Positions 47,001-60,600 of a DNA stretch of 64,000 nucleotides are shown here, piece by piece (the stretch's first letter is position 1; each line of letters opens with the position of its first letter). Source of the DNA: Phoronis australis (lineage: Eukaryota > Animalia > Phoronida). The notes under the pieces were generated by a model that did not search any database, was not told where the DNA came from, and saw nothing but the letters and a program-made list of their open reading frames with translations. The position numbers and the translations under genes are program-made. Where the stretch lies: contig NMRA01000536.1 in the NCBI GenBank assembly GCA_002633005.1, positions 76,195 to 140,194 of the forward strand, in the 5' to 3' direction.

Positions 47001-50000
47001 TTGATTAAATATGACAACTTCTTCGGCTTCAAATAATACAGCAATTCTTCAATTATTCAGCACACAATATGGCTGACAAATGAAACTGTATTATGTTGAC
47101 TTTCTCCACAAAAGTAAAATATTAGGAACATTTTAGTCCATTACAAGTAAGAATTGTAGTGTGTAGATGTCATAAAACGATACTTGGCTAAAATTCTCAT
47201 TATCTGCAACAAGGTAATCAGACTTCGACAAATGCAAAAATTGCAATTTTTTCAAGTATTTTTGGGCAAAATAAGGGGAGAATTACATGTAACGTACTTT
47301 TCAGAAGATAACTGAACAAATTTAAGTTTCTCTGGAATGACAGGCAATGACCCAGGGTCTCTGCTTCATGAGAGATGATTTAAAACTTAAAAGGATACTA
47401 AACCCTGTTTTGGCGACTTCAATCATGGCCTCGTTCTGTCATCTTATATGCATTACTGGTGTCACACATGAGTGATAAAAGCACAATTCAAGTAAAAATT
47501 CGTTCTCTGCGAGTCACAAAATTGGATATTATGTTTCTTGGTGGGTGGTCTTCCCTACAGCCATCGTGCAACTCACGTAAAGCGTAGGTGACGCTTGCTC
47601 ATTTAGCAGACTTTGTAAAGACTTTTTACTATTTTGCTCCAAAGTTTTGAGGGTTGTCGAAGGTTATAGATCATTATTTTGTTCCATCATGAACAGGGTA
47701 GTCTGGGTATTTGGTACAATTATTATTGGCATGGACTGTATTTCAGCAACAGAAAAAATAATTCACGAGATGTAATGGAGCAAACCAGGCTTCATATAGC
47801 TGATGTTTAACAGTGACCTATGACACTGCCCCTTAGAGGTCGTGAATCATCACATGGGTTGGTGGCAGTGTCTTAATCCTGTCTAGGGTGAAGGTTGTCA
47901 CCAAGGCAGTTGTCACCATGTTCATAATTACAAAATAAGAAATAACAGCCCTTATCTTGTCTACAACATCCGGTGAATTTCATGTTTTTTGAAAGTGGAA
48001 TCGGTTTCGTGCTGAAGAATGAAATTTATTACGAAAAGCTACAATTCATAATGATTTTTTGGAATAATGCTGTCAACAAATAAGATTTTATGTCTATGTA
48101 GATTTTATGTCTATGTGTTTTGACTGCACCAAAACTACACTTGTTTTAACTAATGTACTATTCACACCATACCAATTATAACTTCTAAAAATGATTAACG
48201 GGTTGTAAGTCTAGGGCCGAACATTTTAAAACCAGTTTAAAAGTTATAACTCTCAGTGAAGGCTGTTTACCAAGAGATACTATAACTGCTGTAGATCAGT
48301 GTGAACATGGCAGTTGCAAATGTTATAGCTCCGTAGGTGGCGCTGCTGTCCACAATGTTGTGAGCAACATTTTATTGTAACCAATTCCGGACTGAGACAA
48401 GTGACAATTCTACTAAAGGTGCAAACTAGAACACAGGTACATACGCTACCGAGAATAGCAACTAATAGATCAGTGTTATAGATTAAAAGCCGCACAACGT
48501 GAACTACATGGTTGCAGCGTATTATCTTCAGTGCCACACAAACGTTCGTTTTTCTACCTGAGATCGTTTCACCGCCACTACCAAACAGAATGATGGTGGC
48601 ACCATCTGCGCGATGGTGTAGCACTGGTGACATGTATGTCTCCTTGCTTTCAGGAATACTGTAGTAGCGCCGCCCAAGGATGGTGCCGCTTGCACCGGAT
48701 ACGATGAACAACCTGCCGGACTGGCGTGCGTGATCCTGCAAAAAAAAGAAGAAAAAGCATAATTGGTTCTGGTCTGATCACATTTGTTTTAGGCCAAAAT
48801 TTGATTATGAACTTTAAAATCAGTGGTTACGCGACTGAACACATTGTATTAGTCAAAAAAGTCATGTTGTGTACCAACTCAACTGCAATGAATGTGAATA
48901 GTTTTACATTGGAATGACCGGAACAGGATTCTCAGCATCAGAGTCAAAGAACATAGAAGCTGTGTAATGTATACCTCAGGGCTTGGAATGACCCAAGAAA
49001 AAAAGCGGAAATTTTTACGGCCCTGAGCATGCGTGTGCACCCAGCCTTGAAAATGGGGGGGCTCGAATTTTTGCCGATGTGGACCTTTTGCTGACAAAAC
49101 ATTGGGAGGACAAAAAAAGTACCATCTCCAGAAGCGTGCATCTCCGTGTTTTTAGTTCATCCGTCCACTCCCACCTCCACACATTTTAGGCTGCAGAGTC
49201 GTAGTATTTGTCACCGCGATTTACATTCTCACGAGACGCCATTGAAGAAAACCAAGCTATCCCAGGTGCCCCAGCAATGATGACAATTTATATCAAATCC
49301 GATTTTTTTACGTGGAAATATAATAAAATACACGGACAGAACATTTGAAAAAAGCGGAAATCCGCATTTCCACGCAAAATTCCAAGCCCTGATACCTGGG
49401 CTAGGTAACTCGGATTTCCGCCATGTGGAACAAGAATATCAGGAATGCCATCTCCATCCAAATCGGGCAGAATGGTGGGCTTGAATGTACTCCACAGTAG
49501 CTCCAGGTACTTATCCTCCACGTGCCATAGAAGATTACCTGGAAAATGGTCGACAGGAGTAGTAGAATACGATACTATAGGTAACCTTGTGGTTCCTCAA
49601 ACTAATCACAGTCGGGCAATTCCTCAGTACAATAAAACCGGCATAAATCCAATCCAACCTGACCAAGAGATTTTATCAGAGTAAAGGTCTCATCCATCAG
49701 TACATGGTGTGAGATGGGTAACACATTTAAGGAGCTCTAGCAATAAAATAAAAGAGACCCTTTCAATTGTCCATAATACATAAAGCATGAATGCCTACTT
49801 CGAACTGCGTACATTTGAAACAGCAATTGAATACGCGAAAGAAAAGGGAATTCTGTATTCGTACATTTTATTTAGAAAATCTCACCGTTTGTAGGATCAA
49901 CAGCAGCCATAGCAGAAGCTCTTCCCGACACCAGACAGTCATCCCTGCCATCTTTGTTAATGTCGATTCCTTCGCAGACGATCTCAAATATCTCCGAGTC

Positions 50001-53000
50001 GATGTACGTGCGCCAAAGTTCTTCTCCATCATAACCTCTAATACCCACGACAGCACCCATGCACGGAGGTACTGTACCTGCAAACATGCATATGGTGTCA
50101 CATGCATCCAACTGTATTTGCAATGCAGAATGTAAGCGTATCATAGGTTAGCGTACAGTCGATAGATTGGCTAACGTGCATGTAACTGTCGATGAGTTAA
50201 GCGAATTAAAAATACTGGCTATATGAATTTTAGTGCGCAAAACTTGTGACTTGGAAGATTGAACTTCATTATTCTTAGGGACCATTTACACTTATTACCA
50301 TTTCCACATGCGTACAAACTGTAAGCTTGTAAAACAAAAAAGTAGATGAAAAATTGTTCAAAAATAATGTATTATATCACAGCACTGTAAAAAACCAACA
50401 CTAGAATATAGCGTTTGAACATACTTAGAGTTTAACAGATCCAAAAACACAGATCTTATAAATAAAAAATATCACTAACTTTATGCCCTTTCGGGGAGGG
50501 GAAAAGGATAGTGGTTTGAATTCTCGTTAAAATACATTGAAACAATAGTGAATTACTTTGTTATAAATATTCAGTAAAATGTCCATAAACAACCACAGGG
50601 AACAACTTCACATGATGTAGAGAATTGTCAACTATCATCACCTAAAATTATAAGTTACTATGAAGCTGTGAAAATGTCTTCGTCACAATCATCAAGACAA
50701 AAAGCTATTCAGAAATATGGAACTTGGTGACTTGAAAAATCACTTAAAACTTTGAACTCAAAGTGATAAATGCTTTTGACAAACACTACGTCATAAGGCA
50801 CCCACTAGACCACAGACCATCATGTCAACTTCAAAACACACTACATACCGTAAGTCTCACAGAACTTCCTGATGTCTTCGTGAGTTCTAAAATTTAGATG
50901 AGTATTTGGACGGACAATAGATGACACAATATCATCCTTGCCGTCACCATCAATATCCACTACACGATAGGCACCTGTTGCTGGAATGACAAAGATGACA
51001 AGTTCAAAGAGATTCTGTAAAGGGTAACTTCACATTCACACTTTGGGTGCAGATGTGGACTTTATTGGGCAAAGGCAGATAGAGATTCTGATTGGAAGGT
51101 AGAACAGCAGGAGTTACGGCCGAAAAACATTTTTTTTGGGATTGCTGTTGGATGAGATAGACTTAAGGAAGTTATTAGCTTTGACCAACAACCTGGCACA
51201 TGTAAAAGCAACTTACATTACACACTGGTGTATATACAGGATCACCCCGACAATAGTGGCAGAAGCAAATTATTTCTCTAACCTAATCCCTTCATACGAC
51301 AACACCATACCATCTTTACAAAGAATTTCCGTGGTTATGGTTGGATGGGATAAACTCTTCGAAGTATTATCTTTGATCAACAACAAATTCTATTGATTTT
51401 TTTACTTTAATTATTACAAATCACCAATTCTCACTGTTGTTTACCAGTCATTTGCAGAAATCGAAACTAGTGACTTTACAAGACAAATACATACTCTGAC
51501 ATTTATCAACTGGGGTTTAACTCTGTCAGCAGAGCATTTGACTGTGCCCGCAAGGGTTGTAGGTTTCATTTCACGCTAAGGCCAACCTCAGAAAATCTCT
51601 TTTCTTGCAGATAATCCCCATGTACATGTAAAATGCCAGAATCCGGGATGACTCCTGAGTTGGGATATACAGCAGAAAAAATGTAGTAACGTAAAAACCA
51701 GAGGCAAGTGTTGAAGATACATCAACAACAAATCCACACCTTCCCACTTCAATAGCAGGCTAAAGTCCATATTCAGAAGAAAATGACCAGCCGTTTTAAA
51801 GTTTTGCAAGTGAAGCTTGTTCGCCCAATGTACAAATCAGTGGTAACAGATTCAAGAACTACAGTTTGGAACTTAAAATTGCCAACAAAATGCAGATATT
51901 ACAATACGTAGCAAAAATGATTAGATATGCTAATGCTCAGTTTAAAGGTTTTTCTTTAAAGTGATTACTTAAAACGGTGCTAGGTAAGACAGAATTTTCT
52001 GCTTTGCGCTATAATTCCCATCTATATCATTACTAGATTTTGCATAAATTCCATAAAAAGAAATGACGGGTCTATACTATTAATCCTGTCTACTATTATT
52101 AGAAATCATGAAAATTTCTGAGATAAACTGTTACGATGAATTTGACTTCCACTCAACCATCACGACAGGGAATTATGGGTCATTTTGTCTGAATACATTA
52201 AGCATTTATTGTACCATATAATTTTGGAAACTGAGGAATACATACCAAAACCATCGTAAATTTTTGTCCACGACGATGCCACTGTGTCAGGTGACTGTAT
52301 TTTGGTTGTTTCAAACAAATGAGGAAGTCCGACCACAACAATCACTGTTACAGCACCCACAACTAAAACAAAAGCGCACGACAACAAAAAGGCATCTCTC
52401 TGAAAGTTTGATCGCATGACACGAACATACTGTCCGCTTGGTCTACTTCCTGTCTTCGATTTCCTGTTATGTGGCTGAAGACGTTGGAGTTCTATGGACT
52501 CGGACTGGCTTTGCGATTGTAGCTCTCTTACATAGACGTCCTCGTCTGAATCAGAATCTGTGTCATGCACAGCCAAAGCTGAATACTGAACTCCATTGTG
52601 ACCTGAAGTAATAACACAACATAAATAACAGGAAAAGTTCAACGTCATATGAATGTTTCACAAATTTAACAAAACCCTAGGATCAATAACCATGACCATA
52701 TTTTGTACGAGATAAATGTTCAGGATAAAATCGCAGAAACGCTACTACACTTAAAATTAATGCTTTAGGTTAGTATTATGCAACTTCAATTTTTCATGAA
52801 AATCATAAAAGTCATATTTTTGATAGCTCTTCATGTAAAAGCGGGATATTTTAAGAACAATTCCTAACAGCATTTAGAAGAACAGTACATAAAAAGCATA
52901 TTGTCTGAAAGTTTCACATCAATCTGCTCAGTCATTTCTGAGATGTGACGCTCAGAAGTAGGCCAAAATTGGATATTTTTCTAAGGGTTCTACTGCAACA

Positions 53001-53325
53001 TATCCTTAATTGCAGAGAGAAAATTTCAGGTAATGAGTGTTGAGCAGCGCATAACCGCTTAATACATTTCACACAAAACACATGCCAAAAAGAATCAAAT
53101 ACAATTTTGTTTCCTGTCGTCATAGTTACAACCTGTCAAGACATGTCCCTATACACACTCTGTTGTTGACAATTGCACTCTGGCCGCCGTCATGATGGGT
53201 AATTCTGCCAATGTTCAGTGATCAAACTGGGGTATTACAGGTTATTTTATTAGATTCTTGGCGCTTACCATTTTACAAAATGAAAACAAGACATAAATAC
53301 TAAATGGTGTTAACTTACCAGCCAT
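36899..53325 (-). CDS. FAM234: FAM234-family type II membrane protein with FG-GAP-like beta-propeller; exons 53325-53319, 52602-52246, 50980-50849, 50077-49886, 49538-49396, 48735-48558, 46981-46831, 45750-45586, 44126-44033, 42983-42819, 41885-41858, 38099-37938, 37200-36899 (~691 aa)
   Basis: All 12 introns GT-AG with matching phases (2076 nt); N-terminal YSAL + acidic DSDSDED, single TM, repeated DxDGDG/DxNxDG Ca-loops, ETYMSPV, LFGSGGET, KGVMVPPVLVD, STPAPGYFNEDG, C-terminal QPWMGYLG; A versus B paralog not determinable. Confidence 0.8.
37993..38052 (-). repeat. Coding (GAT)n microsatellite giving a poly-Asp tract
   Basis: N-D15-N-D3 within exon 38099-37938. Confidence 0.9.
44300..44600. 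repeat. Degenerate short-motif array (GTACCCA(C/A)TTGGTA / CCCATTTGG) in FAM234 intron
   Basis: Motif recurs several times over ~300 bp. Confidence 0.6.
45480..45590. repeat. 36-bp tandem repeat x3 duplicating a splice donor
   Basis: aacctgtagatccatatacaaagtacacagcagact repeated; minus-strand AG|GTTAG at 45586, 45550, 45514. Confidence 0.9.
45785..45840. repeat. 17-bp tandem repeat x3
   Basis: aacaatatttgcatagc repeated. Confidence 0.9.
46473..46580 (+). mobile_element. tRNA-derived SINE head
   Basis: A box TGGCCTGGTTGA, B box GGTTCGAGTCC (46526-46536), followed by cccttgagc.agg body; no intact cloverleaf. Confidence 0.65.
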
Positions 53326-54313
53326 TTCAGTTTTACAGTCCGGTTTAAATGTCAAGTATCAGCTAATGTACGCCTTTTTTGAACAAATACAAGTCATTGA
53401 GAATGTCAGACTTCAGTTCGCCATGTATTCAGCAATTCAGATTGGTCCGTTTCATTGTCATTCATCTAAAATCAGATAGCAAAAACATAGCATAAATCTG
53501 GTAAAGAATGATGAACAAAGGTGTCACAATACCAGGCTTATGAGCTTCCAGTTTTGTCAGAAAAATACAATAGTGTTGATTTCAGTAGGTAACGCTTATA
53601 GCTTATGGTTCACAATTGTTGGTGTGCAACCCATCCTCTATTTTTGTTAGCTGTCTAAGGTGATAGGAAGTCTGGAACCAGCTATGACAATAATTAGAGA
53701 CTACAGTCTGTTGGTAAGGCCACACATCACTCTTGTAATAATTGCACTCACTTCCCCATTGCTTTGAGATATACATCTAAACTGCAATGACACAGAGAGA
53801 TAGCATTGCTTACCACTAACTTTAAAGGTCATTAACTCTGGATTTCAAACTGTTGGAAGGAACAGGGTTAGTATTCTATTCATGACTCAGGAGCAGGGGA
53901 ACTTCCATGAGACATGCCACACTGATTACTTTTCATGACCAGTTTCCGTAGAAAAATGTGCCTTAGTTTTCCGATTTCAATTTCAAACAAGCAGGTTTAC
54001 TTTCGCCAGAGTTATAGACACTACAAAAGGTCCTTTCCTAAATTTGATAACAAAACGTTGAAAACACGGCATCTCTTCTTGTAAGGTTGGAGGCTTTACG
54101 GGGAAAAAGGCAGCTATCCAACAATCCTACAGAAGGGTTATATTCCTGACAAAAAGTGGTCTGGGACCAAAACCATGCACAAGATCAACACGGGGCATTG
54201 GTATGCACCCACCGTGTGCATCACAAACAGCATTCTATGTAAGAGATGACCATTACTTTTTAACATTCCCACTGAATGGAGCGACAGTAGTTAAATTTTA
54301 AATATTAAAATAA

Positions 54314-54332
54314 TGGCCGACAGAGGGCGCAA
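54314..54332 (+). promoter_or_regulatory. CTCF-like motif (another at 48329-48346)
   Basis: TGGCCGACAGAGGGCGCAA; CTCCGTAGGTGGCGCTGC. Confidence 0.35.
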
Positions 54333-54777
54333 AGCAACCCAGAAATGTTCTCCTCAATGACACACCTGCCACCTTTCATCACGATTTTTCAAGAAGTTTG
54401 GGGGATATGGCGGCAGAAGACATAGGACACAAAACAACAGAAACATCACTAGGGTGTGCATCAGGGCAGGTGCTGTCATCGTGATAGCAACTTATTTGCC
54501 AAATTTTATACACATCCATCTAGGAACTTAGATACAAGCATTGATAAGGTGAGCGGTAAGAAAAACAAAACCGCCACTAGGCAGCCATACTCTAAAAAAT
54601 AGAATAAGCTTCTGCGCAGCATACAGGCTGGGTTAGGATTAGTCAGCCAGTCAGCTGTATGAATACTAATGTCAAAATACAAGTAGGAACTGTTGTGTGT
54701 TATATGTATACAGTTTTACACAAAGCTCGATTAGGAAGTGGTGTCACCTATCGTAGGAGCTTATTTCCATCTTTTGG

Positions 54778-55048
54778 AACATACCTCTGCACTTACACCA
54801 GGGAGTACTGACAGAAGTCAGATCTAGATGCGCTAGAAGTCTGGTAAGGTTTGCAATCTCGCCACCAGGTAACGAGCATGTCTATCACTCATTGGCTGCT
54901 GCTTGACCTTCGATCAGGACCGTTCATTGTCTAGACTCCATCAAAGATTAAGCAGCAGGTAATACGCATGTCCTAGTGGTGAGTTTGCAAACCTTGCCAG
55001 ACTTTTGGCATCTATGAAGTACTCCCCTCACTAATGCTGAGGTATGTT
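54778..55048. mobile_element. Palindromic foldback MITE (~270 bp)
   Basis: aacatacctc..gggagtact..tagatgc..aagtctggtaaggtttgcaa..ccacc mirrored by gtggtgagtttgcaaaccttgccagactt..gcatcta..agtactccc..gaggtatgtt. Confidence 0.75.
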
Positions 55049-57642
55049 TTAAACTTGTAAAACACTATAATAAACATTATAGTACATAATGGCGAGCGAC
55101 TGATCATAGTGCCAGTGACACCAGTTGTACTTTTACATCTAGCTAGCTGGTATGCTTAGGCCTAGCCTTGGTGCAAAGCTACAATACTAAATATACAGCT
55201 TTGCACCGATGAGGGTAAAAAAACAACCAAATAAAATCTAACACAAAATTAACGTCATTAAAAGCTGCATCCTTCCTTGAATAAACTAAATTATTCACTG
55301 GTGTGAAAAACAATTTAATAAACGCAATTTTCTTCCATAATTCTCTGCCTTTTTGTAACTAAGAAAAGTTTATCATCGTTGTGAAAACAAATCTTACGCT
55401 CTTGTCATGCACACACGCTATTTCCTGATCTCTTGGAAGCTTATGACATCTTCGCAACAGCAAAATTTGCTCTCAAATTTGGTTCGGTGGTGTTAAAAAA
55501 ACGTAACTAAATGAAACCGCAGTTCCGGTAATTTATTGTGGCATGTATGCCACCTCATGAGAGGAGAACAGTTCATTTGAGAATCAGCGAAAAAGAAGCT
55601 GGCTAATAGGTGACGCTATATTTCATGGCACTGAAAGCTGACGCATGAGATCCCTCCACAACTTAACCAGCATAATAATGGTAGATCACCAATTTTTCTA
55701 CCACCGGTATTAATTTATTTTACTCAAGAGTGTAGTTTTTGATGACACTTATTTTGTGTTGGATTTTATTTGGTCACTTTTTAACCCATATCAGCGCTAA
55801 GCTGCATATTTATGTTTAGTATACATTACAGCTCTGCACCAACTGAATGAACTTGAAGTTGAACTGAAGAAGACAAGTCTGACAAGTGCCAAGGGCAGGT
55901 AAGCAGGCTGGCAAGGCAATTACGTCACCCTGGATGCTACAGGCATACAGGGGCGATAGTACATGCCCACAAAAAGTTACAAATTTCAAAACACATGAAA
56001 TAAAATCAAACGAAACAAGCACATATGCACATGGAGTTATAATTAACACATACCATAAGTGTGGAGACGATTCAGTCAAGATAATTTTTAAAAAATCGAC
56101 AAAAATCTGTCATGGTTTGCTAGAGTTTTTCTTACCGGGTGCCATTTTGAGGAAAATAAGTGAAATCATGCATATTGACGAATAAAAAGTCCAAGGGACA
56201 CAAATCTTACAAATTTCACCCGATACCTTCCCATGCTATTTTGCAAGTGTCACGCGCCAGTGTCACGTGCGTCGCTCAGTCTCGCGCTAACCTTTGCCTA
56301 ACTCACGTGACTCAGTTGAAATACTTTGTGGTTATCGTTCTCATAGTGAAAAAGCTAACGGTGACCAAAAAAGTGGATTTGGAATTCTTCGCCAAAGTCA
56401 CCTTAATTCTCGTAACTAAGCTTCCTCGAAGATATGTGTAGAAGTAGAAAGTACCAAACTAAGTGATAGTTTTAAGTGTGGAATGTATTTTTGATGAGGT
56501 GAAAACTCTTAATTGGTGACCAGATTTGGCCTACCGCCCGTTTAAAATACATGGGACGAAATTCGTACAGAAAGCGATGGAAAGTATTGTAACCCCCGGC
56601 CAACCGAGGCTGAGGGGCTACGTGTTGCCTATAGCCTTGGTACAAAGCTGCATACTAAATATACACAGCTTTGCACTGATGTGGGTGAAAAAGTGGTAAG
56701 ATAAATTCTGACACGTAATTAGTGTCATCAAAAAGTACAGTCTTACTTGTGTAAACTAGATTATTTAACGGTGTGGGAAAAAATGGTGTTCTACTGTTAT
56801 TCTGCCACTAACGTTGTGGAGCAATCTTCTGCGTCGGCTTTCGGCGCTATGAAATATTGCGTCACCTATTGGCCAGTTTCTTTTTTCGCCGATTCTTCAA
56901 TCAACTGTTGTTCTTTCACAAGGATGCATACACGTCACAACAAATTATTGGAAATGGTTTAACTTCATTATAAGTTTTTAGAATTTCAATACTGAAAAAC
57001 TGAATTTCAGAACAAATTTTGCTGCTGCCCAGCTATCATCATCTCGTGAGAGATGTCGCAAAAATTTAGGAAATGGTGCATGCACGTAACACGAGCGTAC
57101 TGTTTTCAAAACAACGACATACGTTTTATAGTTAGAAAAGGTGAAGAGTTACGCAAGGAAATGACGTTTATTGCATCGTTTTTCACTCAAACAGCTGTAA
57201 CAAGCAATGAGTGTCGGTTGATTCCCTTTAGCTTTACATGTTGACACGAGTTTCACAGCGTGGTGACGAGCAGAACTATCCTGGCTGTGTGCAATTTCGG
57301 AGTCTACGGAAGAAATACACAGTGTCACAGTGGTACCTAGCTGTATTTTGACGACAGCAACTAGCTGGCTGGCTACGTTTTGCGTAGCTGGCTGGCTAGC
57401 TTATGCTTAAGACTTAAGTTCGAGTGACACGTATAAAGTAGCAATTACAGCAACATGCACGTTTCATGACTGTGGTTTTGGAACGATGTGTTACTCAGGC
57501 ATCTGTACTCACACCGTGTTAGCGCCACAATATGACACTGACTTGTTCGTTCAGTCGTTTGTCAACCTCCGGAGCGCGGATGCACTGCCACCTATTGTCG
57601 ATGGTCTGGCCACCTGGTGACGGACTCGGGAGATCGTTTCAG

Positions 57643-57650
57643 TGACGTCA
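57643..57650. promoter_or_regulatory. CRE palindrome in a CpG-rich putative bidirectional promoter
   Basis: TGACGTCA 28 nt upstream of THAP-B ATG. Confidence 0.45.
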
Positions 57651-57677
57651 GATGGTCACGTCCACCGAGCTTGCAAA

Positions 57678-60600
57678 ATGGTGTGCTGTTGTGTGCCTGG
57701 TTGTTACGGACATGAAGCGTCACGGAAAAGAGGAACAAAATTTCATAGGTTTCCAAGAAACCCTGACTTATTTCAACAATGGCTTGCAAAGATTCAGCAT
57801 GGAAATCTCTTGGTGGGCACGCCGTATTCGAAGTTGAGAACCCGTCGAGTGTGCTCGAAACACTTTCTGGAGAGCGACTACACTTTAAGTTCTCGCTTAC
57901 AGAAAAAACTGATGCCGAACGAAAGTGTGCGTTTAGTTTTAAAGCGTGAGGCTCTGCCAAGTGTTTTTGAATTTCAGCAACCACCGAAGCGAAGATTAGA
58001 TAAATTAAGGGAGCGGGAAACCCGCTTGGAAGCGGTAAGTGGCTTAGTTGGCGTTGTTTCGGAATGGCTATGGGCGTCCCGGATTACACGGCGACTCATT
58101 TGTCCCTTAGATTAGAAAGCGCGTGACCACGTTTTGAAAATCAGGCGCCTTTTTGCGTCTAATTTATCAAACTTCGGTCACGTAGGAGTTACAGGCCAGA
58201 GCAGTAACATTTGGTTGGCATTGGAAGGACAAATAGAGCTTGTAATGCAACCGAGAAAAACTTGTAAAGAACCAGCCAACAACAAATAACATGTGAAACA
58301 GTGCCACGAAAGAGAGGCGCAATATGCCCATAGGCGGATTTAGGGGGGGGTAGGGGGCCCGGGCCGTTGATTCTACTATTACTTCAAATTATTTAAGATA
58401 GCCACATTTATCAAGTTTGTTCTCTGCTTAATTCATAAATCAGTGTTCCTGAATACCACCAGGTGTTTATTTTTATTCTCATTTTCATCAATGTTTTATC
58501 ACCCTTGAAAACAATTTTATGACATTGTTTTACATCATTTGTTAAAAGTGTTAAATAGTTAACATCGTGGTTTGAGTACCCAACATAGGCTTAGCTGTGG
58601 TGTCTGGCACCAAAATAAAATCAGTGTATATTGATTGTGAATCGACTTCAAAAAATGAATATTTCTTCAGTAGTGAAGTTGGAATGATTCTGAATTGATA
58701 GCTTTGCCACAAAAAGTGGTTTGATACTTAAAATTCAAAGTGTACACTCATCCCTCACACACAACTTATGTTGAGTTGTCTGACCACTAGTTTTAGAAGA
58801 TAGTGAAAATGTGTGTGTTCCACTTTACAAGCATTCTCTTAAACCTTCATGTGAAAGAACAATTGTAACCATTTGCAATTCACAGAAGTTAAAAGAATTT
58901 TAAAATGTTAAATTTCCGTAAAAGGGAAAGCAAGGAGAAAAGACAAATATTTACGTAAGCATTGAAAGGTGTTGATTAGACCTAACAATTGATGTTTTCT
59001 CTGGTTGCATGTCTGTCATAAATGGACTCAATTGCCGGCAATTGATAGCATGACTAGCAGTGAAGAGGACAGTTTTTCACATAGATTTGTATTGGGAGTT
59101 TTCATTTCAAAGCTCTAATAACTCGCACTGCATCCATGCATTTGTTACTACTGGGATTATTCATAATCGTGCTCATACTTATGGTTGTATGTTGTAGACG
59201 CCAGTTCCACGAAAACGAAGAATAAGACGCAGGAAGAAGATTAAACGTGCAACACAAACTACTGCTCGTGGTTAGTTATGAATAATAAGTTAATATCATT
59301 TTGTACTACTGTTAGTACTTATCAGAGTTAATGCTCAAGATGTTTCATCTTGGGAATTGCAAAAAAAGTTTGTCTAAGGTGGGATTTAAGTCGAGCACGG
59401 GCATTTAAAAACGAGTGTTCGATAAATCGGGGATGGACTTTCACTAGAACATTCGATTCTTTCACATATGCTAATATACAAATACTGTGACTTTAGAACG
59501 TGGAAGAGCCAAAAGTATCAGTCGTCACCCAGTTCAGTAATGAAGTAGAATTTTCCCTCCCAAATATGGCGAGGTGCCGCTGTTTGTTACGCAAAGGTAA
59601 GCGAGGTGCATAAGTTTTGGTAACTAAAATTGTCACAGGACACTCACAGAGACACTGGCACCTTTAAGAAGTCGCAATCTTAGAGATTGGGAGTGAGCTT
59701 TAATTAGCTGAGCGCTGGTTTTAAAAGTGAAAATTTAGAATTTTTTGGTTGTTTAAAAATGAAATTTTGCAAATTCTCTGGGTGTTTAAAAATGCAATAT
59801 GTAAATTCCATGGATGTTTAGAGATGAAAATTTGGAAATTCCCTAGGTGTTTAAATGTTAAGGTTCAGAAATTTTGTGGGTTTCGAGCAGAACCCAGGTG
59901 TTCATCTAGAGGAGTATGCTGTTGGGTTATACATTGTTTTAAAGCTCCAGTCAGAGGCTAAACTTTTAATACTGGAACAGGGGCCCGTTCCAACAAAACT
60001 AACTTAGCTAAGACAAATCTTAAATTTTAGTAAATTTTAAGATAAAACTTAAACTTGTCTCGCGACTGTTTTAAGCAAGAGGTCCTAAGTTTGAATTAAG
60101 TTTTTGATAAAAGTTCAATCTTAATTTTAACTATTTGACCGGATGTGGAAGTTTCAAAGTTTGGAAGTTAAGACAAATCTTAGACTTCAGTCAAAAATGA
60201 ACTTAAGTCAGTTTCTTGGAACGGGACCCAGGTATGTCAGTGATAGCTGCTTATATCCACTGTTTGTGAGCTGCTTGTTTTAGGGCCTAGTGCTAGTGCA
60301 GCTCCACCTAGGAACTGTACAAGATCTCCCTCTCCTCTGTTAAAGAAACAAACACCTAATAGGTGTAGGCAATACATGTTACAAAGTGTTATTTTGTGTG
60401 TGTCACATCCTTATACTGGGTTAAGGAAGGTTTGACGTTCACTGAAATTTATTTCCGTTTTCTTTTTCAGATATTAAACCATATTGTGTATTATCAACTT
60501 TTAGTTTCAGTGTCCGGTTCTCAGTTGCCTATTCCCGATGACTGCTCTGAATCTGATGGAAGCCTGGATCTTCCGCTCATAACAATTGCTAGGAGACTGA

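Noticed and set aside
53262-53271. Alternative ATG|GTAAGC donor for FAM234 exon 1
   Set aside because: Phase 0, incompatible with exon 2, which needs phase 1; the ATGGCTG|GTAAGT donor at 53319 fits
57592-57984. 130-aa minus-strand ORF
   Set aside because: Antisense shadow of THAP-B exon 1
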